From Octopus sinensis (lineage: Eukaryota): 64,000 nt of DNA. Positions 51,448 through 61,422 of this stretch are shown piece by piece. The stretch is from the NCBI RefSeq assembly GCF_006345805.1, contig NC_042997.1, positions 125,364,001 through 125,428,000 of the forward strand. The letters run 5' to 3'. The notes under the pieces are model-generated. The model had not been told where the DNA came from. It saw only the letters and a program-made list of their open reading frames with translations, and did no database searches. Each line of letters begins with the position of its first letter. The stretch's first letter is position 1. Made by a program: the position numbers and the translations under genes.

Positions 51448-51450
51448 GAG
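51287..51450. repeat. (AGC)n/(AGT)n/(GTC)n compound microsatellite
   Basis: Directly visible. Confidence 0.95.
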
Positions 51451-52065
51451 GAGGAAGGAGGGAGACAGAAGAAGAACAACATCAACAACAATAATATTCT
51501 CAGGAGATTTTGGTTCGTATTCCGGTACATTTGGTGGCAAGGAATAAAGTAGAAACAAGAAATCCATGGACAGAAAGCAGCGCATCAAATAGGAATCCAC
51601 AGTATTCCCGCCAAAAAAAACTCCTAGAATTAAGCAGGGTGGAAACGTAGTGGAACACATTATTTATTGCCTGTTCTTGGAGATATGAACGGAAAAAAGT
51701 TTGCCCTTGGTAGCATTTGAACTCCAGAACATGTCAAAATGAATTGTGTAAGATTCTACTCCTGTGTGAACCCTTCACTGTATGATATAGAAGAGCAAAA
51801 ATGCATTAAGATTAATAGCATTAGTAAAAGGGGCCTGAAGGAGAAAAAATGTGCATCAATGTTTCCGGCAAAACCAATGACTATCAGCGACGATGGTGGT
51901 GGTAGTGGAGGCAGGGGTGGAGGCGCCGGGGAGCTGCGATGGGAGCGGTGGAGGAAGCTGTGGTAGTAATGGTGGTGACGGGGTGGGGTGGGGGTGGTGC
52001 TGCTGCTATGGTTTTGCTGGTCGCCCCAGTGATAGCTATTGCATCCGTCGCAGTAGCAGCTGTGA

Positions 52066-52400
52066 TTGATGATGACGACGGCGACGACGACTATGATGAT
52101 GATGATGATGACGACGACAATAATGATGATGACGATGACGACGACGAAGATGATGATGATGACGACGAAGATGATGATGATGACGATGATGATGATAATG
52201 ATGATGATGATGATAATGACGACGACGACGATAATGATGATGACGACGACGATGATGATGATGATGATGATGATACTGGTGTAGTGATTGTGATGATTAC
52301 AATGTTGATGGCGGTTGTGGTAATGTTTTTGTGATAGTGGTGGTGGTGGTGGTGGTGGTGGTGGTGATGGTGGTGGTGGTGGCGATGGTGATTGATGGCG
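52066..52400. repeat. (GAT/GAC)n and (GGT)n trinucleotide tract
   Basis: Directly visible; source of the poly-D/M/S/H ORFs. Confidence 0.95.
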
Positions 52401-53015
52401 GCCGTGGTGCTGCTATTGTTGACCTCAACAAAAAGCACGGGGATTCACTGCACTGGCCAAAGTTGTGACGGAAGCAAAATTTACTATTGTGTTTTATGGT
52501 GCTTAGGTCTACCGGATCTTTCCACAAATGAATAGGGACGAATGTAGGAATAAACAAACGAACAACAAAAACGGTGAAGGAATGAAAGAACGGAAGAATA
52601 CAAAGCCTTATGGAATGAAGAAATAAAAGAATAACGAAATAGTGTGGTCACACAACCATTGAAGCAAGGACTACATGAAAGTGATCAGTGAGCCAGAACA
52701 TGTCAATGCGAGGTGATGAGAGACGACAGAGAGAGAGAGAGAGGGGGGAGAGAGAGAGGGGGGAGAGAGAGAGGGGGGAGAGAGGGGGAGAGAGATGCGT
52801 AACAATGGTGGAAAAGAATGAAGGCGATTCTGACTGTGTTTGAATGGCATTGGAATATTTTCGGCTTAATGTGTTTGTATATATAAATATACTTTATAGT
52901 CGCCGTGGATGGCGTTTGTACGTAATACTTACACATACATTCATACACACACATACATGAACACACACACACACACACACGGGCACGGACACACGAACAC
53001 ACAGAGACATATATA

Positions 53016-53065
<50 letters not shown>

Positions 53066-53136
53066 TGTGTATGTATGTATGGTATTATTGTTTCATTAAA
53101 GATCAGTGAAAGAGCACTCCAGCCAAAATTTGAAGC

Positions 53137-53183
<47 letters not shown>

Positions 53184-53569
53184 TGTGTTGTGTGTGTGCG
53201 TGTGTGCGTTTCTGTGTATTAATGTACACAGTATAAAGATTGGACCTTACAATAGTTTCTTGCTGTGCAGACACGTGGCTAGGTAGGTTTTAATTCACCA
53301 AATACAAGCATATGGACAAATTTCTTTTGGCGAACCGAAGGATACCACCTTATCTGGACTGAGACACTGTCTCGCTGATTTTGGATCCCTCTCCGTTGAA
53401 TTATTCTACGACAAATAGTTGTACGGGGAAAAGGAACGCAACTCTAATTTTCTGTCTTCTTTTCGTTTTTCGTTTTTTTCTGAGTTCTTTTTTTTCTCAG
53501 AAATTCTTATGTACCACACACTCGGCTCTCGAGTTTCATTCCATATAGTATGTGCAATTCTCTGTTCAC

Positions 53570-53836
53570 TCATCAGCAGTACAGTACGTATTTTCTTTTA
53601 ATATATTTTAATTAATGTGTTATACAGTACAGTATTGTACTTTATGTTTATTAATTTATTTCTTTTTAGGCGTGAAAATGTTTATTTTATCATGGAAATA
53701 ATTAATATGTATAAACATACAAATACCTATCGGTCGCAGAAACCTGCGATGTACTGAGATGCCCGCGATATACATTTACATATATTAGCTAGAAAAATCC
53801 GCGATAGGTGAACCGCAATATGGCGAGTGATTACTG
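53570..53836 (-). mobile_element. One end of a Tigger/pogo-like non-autonomous DNA transposon
   Basis: Minus strand begins TA-CAGTAATCACTCGCCATATTGCGGTTCACCTATCGCGGATT, resembling Tigger-type termini (from memory). No matching second TIR seen. Confidence 0.5.
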
Positions 53837-55019
53837 TATATATGTGTGTATGTGTGTGTGCTTGAGAGTAGGCGCCCGCGTGTGTGCTTGAAAGCAAAGT
53901 TTTTGATGTTTGCATGAGATTGTTTATAAAAGACTTTCAAGCGTGCGTATATGAACGCGCTCTGGGGCATCAAATTACAACTCAGTGTTTATGAGAGAAA
54001 GAATAATATGGTTCTTGGGAGTAAATACATTCAATTACAAGTTAGAAAAATAACAGTGTGGTTGTTCCACGCGAGTTGCAGTATTCGTTTTGGTCAGGCA
54101 ATAATACAATTCTTAGCGTCGCAGTATGAATAACGATGAATAAGAGGAAATAGATTGGAACGGTAGAATTCCTGAAAGTGAAGGCGGAATAAGAGATCAG
54201 AAAGAGTCTTGAAAGGCCAGCCAGCAATAATGAAAATGATTTACAAATGGCAATGAAATACTAAAATAATGTCAGGGCCTGAATCGAGGGAAGGACTTGG
54301 CTTTACGTGGTCGATCCGTTTGTTGGAAGTAACCGTCAAATCTCTCTCCCTCTCTCTATCTCTCTCTTTCCCTCCCTTGATTCTCGCTTCACTGTTATAA
54401 AGGGAGGATGTATTGGATAATAATGTCCAAGAATAAAACGATGGAGTCAAACAAAGTGAAGTCAAATAAAGGAAACATAATAAAGCAAACTAACAGGACC
54501 AGGATTAGCAGAATCGTTAGTGCCTAACGCAAAATGGATGTGGTGTTTAGTTTCAGTTCTTTACAATTTGAGTTCGAATCCCACCGTGATCAAATTTTTT
54601 TTTATATTCTCCCAGGGTCGATAAAATATGAACATAACACCGATTTTAAGAGTTTTAAATAAAAACACTAGCACGGACTAACACATACATCTACATATAC
54701 ACATACATACAAATAATAAATTATTTACATGCATTAACAATAAGATAACATATTTACATGTCCATTGTCTGGACATCTTTCATCACACACCAGTGACCTC
54801 TTCAGTGACTCTTCCATCCCACGTGTCCGTTCTTGTTTGTTTAGTCCATTCTCAGTAGGAGAAACGTGGAATGGAAGTTTTTACAGGGCCAGCATTAGTC
54901 TATGTGGTGAATATGGAATAATCATATCAAAAGAATACGAATGAAAGAATTTATTTAGCCCCGGATCCAAGCTCCGAAACTTACTTCTCCAGCCTGTTTC
55001 AAACAAACGAAACGTTAGT

Positions 55020-55490
55020 AAACAACTGCAGCGTGGAAGGTCTTTATAAGCCATTTAAAAACACACAAAAACCGTTAGATTCACTTCAACATTTAAATTG
55101 AATTTGTCAAAATATTTTATTTCTTTATTGCTCACAAATGGCCAAACATAGAGGAGTCAAACAAGGACAGACAAAGGGATTAAGTCGATTACATCGACCT
55201 CAGTGTGTAACTAGTACTTAATTTATCGACCCATAAATGTTGAAAGGCAAAGTCAACCTTGGCAGAATTTGAAATCATTTGTCAAAATATTTTCGTCCTT
55301 TTGAAACCGCGACCTGCTCACTGACAAAATTCCGTGCAGCCAAAGCGACGAAAATATTTTGACACATTAAATTTAAATGTTGAAGTGAATTTAACGGTTT
55401 TTGCATGTTTTTCTAATGGTTTATAAACACCTTCAACGCTGCAATTGTTTTTGGTTCAGCACACGATTTCAAATCAGGTCACTTGCCATT
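55020..55490. mobile_element. Inverted-repeat element interrupted by a 5'-truncated SINE A (55119-55276, minus) with a 17-bp target-site duplication
   Basis: Arms aaacaactgcagcgtggaagg...ttcacttcaacatttaaat..atttgtcaaaatattttcgtc / gacgaaaatattttgaca...atttaaatgttgaagtgaa...aacgctgcaattgttt. TSD atttgtcaaaatatttt at 55102-55118 and 55277-55293. Confidence 0.85.
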
Positions 55491-55696
55491 TAAGTAGATC
55501 TCCGAAACACTAGTAATTGCACAATAATAATTCATTACAGTAACGGGTTTTTTTCATTGTCCGTTTCGTATTAGGAATTAAGTACGAGTGGAAATGCAAA
55601 ACGGAAAACTAAAACTGAAAAGCCGTTTTATAACTAGCTGTACCATCTTGGACTCAAGGGTACTAGATTGTATTCTTTTATTATTTTCTATTATCT

Positions 55697-55885
55697 TTTT
55701 CAGTCATTTGACTGCGGCCATGCTGGAGCACCGCCTTTAGTCGAGCAAATCGACCCCAGGACTTATTCGGTGTAAGCCTAGTACTTATTCTATCGGTCTC
55801 TCTTGCCGCACCGCTAAGTTACGGGGACATAAACACACCAGCATCGGTTGTCAAGCGATGTTAGGGGTACAAACACAGACACACA

Positions 55886-55890
<5 letters not shown>
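55697..55890 (-). mobile_element. SINE family B, 3' half
   Basis: Reverse complement of the family B tail. Confidence 0.85.
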
Positions 55891-55927
<37 letters not shown>

Positions 55928-56031
55928 ATATAATATATATATATATGTAGGTCCCGGGTTGAGTCGGGGTTAACCACAATAAATAAGGTACTCAATACAT
56001 AGCAGAGTAAAGTAATTTATTTTATAGAAGG

Positions 56032-56082
56032 AGCTTCTACAGGACTAGAACTGTTTCATTCAGATGAAATCTTCAGGAAGCT
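56032..56082 (-). ncRNA. Minimal type I hammerhead in the PLE 3' repeat
   Basis: AGCTTC-CTGAAGA-tTTCatctGAAt-GAA-ACAG ttctagtc CTGT-A-GAAGCT. Weak stem II (U.U at 10.1-11.1). Confidence 0.7.
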
Positions 56083-57577
56083 GGCTGTCAAAATAAGTTC
56101 TGGTATTTATGCATTTAGGCAGATTTAATTGAGTGGTGGTGGGGGACGTTTTTTGGGGTAGGTTGGTATTTAGGAGATAAACAGGGCACAAGCTATTGTT
56201 CTTAGGGGAGTGGTCAAAAGGCCAGAGTGTTTATTGAAATGAGAAGAATCAGTGAGAAAATAAATAAATGAATAAATAGAATAAATGAATAGAAACAGAT
56301 ATATGGGATGGGGTTTTAGGTAAATTAGAAGACAATTGCTTTTTGGTGGTCAAGAAGAGGTAGGCAGTTTGTTATTGTTAGGTGGAGGGAATAAATAGAT
56401 AAATATACATGATAAAACATATAAAATAAATATACATACAAACACACATACAAACATACATACACATGCGAGTATGCATATGCATACATGCATACGCACA
56501 TATATACATACACATACACACACACATATATACATACATAAATACATACATGCACAGATATATACACATATACACATATACATGCATACACACATATATA
56601 TAAATACACATATATATATATATGCATATATATATACATACATAAACATATACATATGTATATACATACATATAAACATATACACATGTACACACATACA
56701 TACATAAAAACATACACACACATACAACCATATGTATATATATACACATATACATATATATATATATACATGTATACACGCGTATACATACATATGCACA
56801 TATATACACAAACACACATATACACGCATACACATACGCATGCACATATACATATGCACACATACATACATATGCACATATATACATATATGTGCATATA
56901 TACATATGCACATATATATATGTATATAATCTTAGGAGAGAAGGTAATTGGGGGTGATGAAGGAACGGTGGTGGGGTGGGGTGGGGTGGGGTGGGGTGGG
57001 GTGGGGTGTTTGTGGGTGGGGTGTCCGTCAATCGGGTGGCCGGGTGGGTCTGTAATTTTTGTAGTTTGCATAGATTTTGTGCATACAGTTTGGGGAGTGT
57101 TCCGAGATTGTTGAGGAGAGGGCCTTGCGAATAAGAATAAGATCCAAGCTCTCAGAAATGCAAAGATCACAGCAAGTATGGCTCCCGTGTAAGAACGGCT
57201 CTCTGGAGTAGTCTCCACTTGATCTTGAAGGGGATGGAGTTCCTTTTTCATGTATATTTATCTATTTATTCCCTCCACCTAACAATAACAAACTGCCTAC
57301 ATCTTCTTGACCACCAAAAAGCAATTGTCTTCTAATTTACCTAAAACCCCATCCCATATATCTGTTTCTATTCATTTATTCTATTTATTCATTTATTTAT
57401 TTTCTCACTGATTCTTCTCATTTCAATAAACACTCTGGCCTTTTGGCCACTCCCCTAAGAACAATAGCTTGTGCCCTGTTTATCTCCTAAATACCAACAT
57501 ACCCCCAAAAAACGCCCCCACCACCACTCCATTAAATCTGCCTAAATGCATAAATACTAGAACTTATTTTGACAGCC

Positions 57578-57628
57578 AGCTTCCTGAAGATTTCATCTGA
57601 ATGAAACAGTTCTAGTCCTGTAGAAGCT
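57578..57628 (+). ncRNA. Minimal type I hammerhead in the inverted PLE repeat
   Basis: Identical to 56032-56082; CTGAAGA at 57584-90, GTA site after 57622. Confidence 0.7.
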
Positions 57629-57644
57629 CCTTCTATAAAATAAA

Positions 57645-57693
<49 letters not shown>

Positions 57694-57914
57694 GATTAAT
57701 GTAGGATAAAATTTTTTTCGGGTAAAAAAATTTTATCAATGGCCAGCATATCAAAAAATACCTTTAAAGGTTAAATTTATAAATAATTTACAAAATAAGG
57801 GCAAAAGAAAAATTCTAATGCCAAATATGCCGAAAAACGACAATAATTGTCAATAAACCATTATAATTTATGCGTGTCGAAACAAACCGATAGAAATCTC
57901 TAAAAAATTCGTTA

Positions 57915-57975
57915 TTACCGTACTGGTCCAATTTCGGGGTTAATTCGTAAGAAATTTTCCCCTCTTCAGCGGCAA
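57915..57975 (-). ncRNA. Type I hammerhead ribozyme
   Basis: TTGCCG-CTGAAGA-GGGG..CCCC-GAA-ATTGG a CCAGT-A-CGGTAA; GTA triplet. Confidence 0.85.
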
Positions 57976-58153
57976 ATACGCGAGATATAAGTGAAATACT
58001 TACTCATACCCATGGAAAAAGCAAGCACTAAGTCCCGAGCAGAGCCGAAAATTTTTCTATTTTGGATATATTTGGGGTACTTAGTTCTGCTCGGGACTTA
58101 GTGCTTGCTTTTTCCATGGGTATGAGTAAGTATTTCACTTATATCTCGCGTAT

Positions 58154-58214
58154 TTGCCGCTGAAGAGGGTAAAATTTCTTACGAATTAACCCCGAAATTG
58201 GACCAATACGGTAA
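58154..58214 (+). ncRNA. Type I hammerhead ribozyme
   Basis: TTGCCG-CTGAAGA(58160-66)-GGG..CCC-GAA-ATTGG a CCAAT-A(58208)-CGGTAA; ATA triplet. Confidence 0.85.
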
Positions 58215-58343
58215 TAACGAAATTTTTAGAGATTTCTATCGGTTTGTTTCGAGACGCATAAATTATAATGGTTTATTGACAATTATTGTCTTTTTTTCCG
58301 GCATATTTGGCATTAGAATTTTTCTTTTGCCCTTATTTTGTAA

Positions 58344-58380
<37 letters not shown>

Positions 58381-58487
58381 CAATAATAACAAAGAGTAAA
58401 ATTAATTAATTCACTAGTAATCAATAATTTCACCAAGTAGAATTCGGCATGAAAAGGGACCATTTGTCGGTAAACTTAAATAATATT

Positions 58488-58914
58488 TTATAATTAGGGT
58501 TCAGCAAAGATTTACTTTACCACATACCGAAGTTTAGAAATAGCAGCCAGAGAAACTTAGCTATTTCCTCTACTTTAAAAAGAGATTCCCGGACAAAAAC
58601 AAAGTACTCGAAAACAATCCACGCAGGCAGAGAGGAAAAATAACGAAAATCAATCGATATTTGATTACCCATGTACGCATTTCGAAATTAGATCGGTATA
58701 AAGAATGTAGAATTTATACTTTACCTGGAACATTTTCCTCATCAGCATGGAACTTCACAATATTAAATCTGGAGGCACAGGAAGAATTGAATATACCTCT
58801 CCAGCTAACAGTATCAGATCTTTTTAAAGTAGAGGAAATAGGTAAGGTTCTCTAGCTGCTATTTCTAAACTTCGGTATGTGGTAAAGCAAATCTTTGGTG
58901 AACTCTAATTATAA
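58488..58914. mobile_element. Element with ~96-bp inverted ends (58488-58583, 58819-58914) enclosing a hammerhead
   Basis: ttataattagggttca.caaagattt.ctttaccacataccgaagtttagaaatagcagc.agagaa.ctta.ctatttcctctactttaaaaaga and its reverse complement; right end in (AT)n. Confidence 0.85.
58668..58751 (-). ncRNA. Type I hammerhead with long stem II
   Basis: TCCATG-CTGATGA-GGAA...GTATAAA/TTTATAC hairpin...TTTC-GAA-ATGCGT (wobble palindrome)-A-CATGGG; G-C at 10.1-11.1, GTA triplet. Confidence 0.72.
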
Positions 58915-58933
58915 TATATATATATATATATAT

Positions 58934-58990
<57 letters not shown>

Positions 58991-58995
58991 TATAT

Positions 58996-59225
58996 ATGCT
59001 CCTTGGGCATGTGTCTTCTACTATTGCCTTGGGCCGACCATAGCCTTGGGAGTGGATTTGGTAGACGTAAACTGAAAGAGCCCGTCGTATATAATATGTC
59101 TACCAAATCCACTCCCAAGGCTTTGGTCGGCCCGAGTCAATAGTAGAAGAAACATGCCCAAGTGGGACTGAACCCGGAACATGTGGTTGGTAAGCAAGCC
59201 ACTTATCACACAGCGCCTCCTGCAC
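58996..59225. mobile_element. Inverted pair of SINE family B fragments
   Basis: 59004-59063 (+) and 59099-59163 (-) share non-consensus variants gggcatgt, actattg and ttgggagtgg. Confidence 0.8.
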
Positions 59226-59738
59226 CTGTTTATGTTAAAGTAAAAACAATCATATTGAGTATTTAATATAGTATTTAGGCTTATAAATGAATAATTATTC
59301 GTATGATAATGTCCAAGAATAAAACGATGGAGTCAAACGAAGTAAAGTCGAATAAAGGAGACATAATACAAGCCAACAGGACCAGGATTAGCAGAATCAT
59401 TAGAGCCTAACGCAGAATGGATAATGGTGTATATGGTGTGTATGGTGATGATATTGAAGAGTGTGTGTGAGTGTGTGTGGTGTGAGTACTGGGAGGTATT
59501 GGCTGCTAGTGTGTATGGAGTGGAAAGGTACGTAATGGTGTGTGATGTGAGTACTGAGTTGAACAGTGTGTGTGTGTGTCTTTGGTGAGGGTACCGAGGC
59601 AGGCGTTGTGCAAAGTGAGGGGGAGGGATGGCGCAGTTGAATGTGGGAGGTGGGTGGTAATTTAGGTGGGGTTGGTGTTAGAAGAAGAGATGTGCCGAAG
59701 ACATAAGGAACAAACGAATGAATATAGGAGTGGCTATA

Positions 59739-60125
59739 GGCGCAGGAGTGGCTGTGTGGTAAGTAGTTTACTTTCCAACCATATAGTCCCAGGTTCAGTC
59801 CCACTACGGGACATCTTGGGCAAGTGTCTTCTACTATAGTCTCGGGCCTACCAAAGCCTTGGGAGTGGATTTGGTAGTAGACGGAAACTGAAAGAAGCTT
59901 GTCATATATATATATATATATATATATGCATGTATATGTGTGTATATGTTTGTGTATCTTTGTTTGTCCCCCAGCATCGCTTGACAACCGATGCCGGTGT
60001 GTTTATGTCCCCGTAACTTAGCGGTTCGGCAAAACAAACCGATAGAATAAGTACTAGGCTTACAAAGAATGACTCCTGCGGTGCTCCAGCATGGCCGCAG
60101 TCAAATGACTGAAACAAATAAAAGA
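59739..60125 (+). mobile_element. SINE family B copy
   Basis: Matches consensus, with internal (AT)n and a deletion near the tail. Confidence 0.88.
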
Positions 60126-60238
60126 CTATATGTACATATGCGCAAGAAGAAAACGGAGGAAAATAGCAAAAAGTTGAAGTTGATCGTTTACGGTAGTAAA
60201 ACATTAATTTAATTAATAAAGAAAAGTGTTAGTAATAT

Positions 60239-60294
60239 TAAATTTACGACCGTTTCTGTTTACCAGTTGTATTGGTAGACATCGTCAGAATGTA
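60239..60294 (-). ncRNA. Type I hammerhead ribozyme
   Basis: TACATT-CTGACGA-TGTCTACCA atacaac TGGTAAACA-GAA-ACGGTCGT (wobble palindrome)-A-AATTTA. One mismatch each in stems I and II; U-A at 10.1-11.1. Confidence 0.72.
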
Positions 60295-61339
60295 GAGTCA
60301 TATATAGAGGTAAGAAGAGCGAGAGACATAGGGATACATTGGTAACGAGAACACAGACAAAGAATGGTGAGTCTTACATTATAGTAGATTTCTTAGTTTA
60401 CCCCTTGAATTACCTGCCATCCAGGTAATCACCGGAGCTTTTAGGATTTAACCATCCCTTAGAGATTTAAAACACTGCTAAAGTATACCTATATATATAT
60501 ATATATACATATATTTATATTTGTAAATATGTATGTAGTAGAAATATGTTACAAAAAGAAAATAGAAACTACACACGTGAAAATGTAAAGGAAAGGAAGA
60601 AGAAAATAAGCGAAAATGCAAATTGGAAATCAAAAAAGTAAAGGCTTTTTATGAAAAGTTACGATAGATATATAGTTGAACTGAGGTAGGAATAAAAGTA
60701 ATAAAAGTCATTATTGTGAATTGTTAAAGAGATTCAAAACATACCGGTTTCGTAAAATTACTAATCATTGCTTTGAATGCACACTGATTACCGAACGGTG
60801 TCAGGTCTACTAGTCCCCAAGTAAAAAGATTATGTGTAAGGGAGGTAAGTAGTTCTGGATTTGGTGCAGTTAGGGTAGATATAGATCTGTAATGTGAATG
60901 GTGTATAGGATGTATGGGTATTAGTGGTATAATTGAAAGATTAGTAGTGTTCTGTATTATGTTATGTGTTCATATTGAGTTGTGGAAGATATTTATTGAT
61001 GAAAGTTGTCTCTTTATTCATTCTTTGTTGTACTGAGGTGTTCTGTGAACATTGATAGAAGGTAAAATTAGGAAATTAGGATTAAGATTCCTAGCACACC
61101 TTTCTATGTGTTCACTGACCTGTATCTCTCTGTATTGTGGGTGGCGGATTTGTTCTTTGTGGAGAGTGGTTCTTCGACGGAGTGATATTGCCGTTTGGCC
61201 AATATAGTTATTACCACACCCTAAGCATGTGGTGGGATATATTATATTTTCCGAGGCACAGGTAAAATTTGATTTAATCTTAAATATTTCACCTTGTTTA
61301 AAGTGGAACTCTCAACCCTCCAAAAAGGTGGGGATATAT

Positions 61340-61422
<83 letters not shown>

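Larger units (their letters stand above)
55947..57644 (-). mobile_element. 5'-truncated PLE with inverted terminal repeat (arms 56016-56417 and 57244-57644)
   Basis: ~400-bp arms with only a few mismatches. Between them, minus-strand PFKIKWRLLQRA/RSYTGA/CDLCISE/LLN matches the PLE GIY-YIG C-terminus seen at ~49900-50030. Flanked by (AT)n on both sides. Confidence 0.82.
57787..58344. mobile_element. Fold-back element (~257-bp arms, 42-bp spacer) with a canonical hammerhead in each arm
   Basis: Arms 57787-58043 and 58086-58344 are near-exact reverse complements; right end in (AT)n. Confidence 0.9.

Noticed and set aside
54760-54812. Minus-strand CTGAAGA-G-GTCAC...GTGAT-GAAA-GATGTC hammerhead-like motif
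   Set aside because: Stem I and stem III do not form convincingly; possible relic only.
56325-57251. 308-aa ORF as a host gene
   Set aside because: It is mostly microsatellite. The unique N-terminal part is an off-frame reading of the PLE GIY-YIG remnant.
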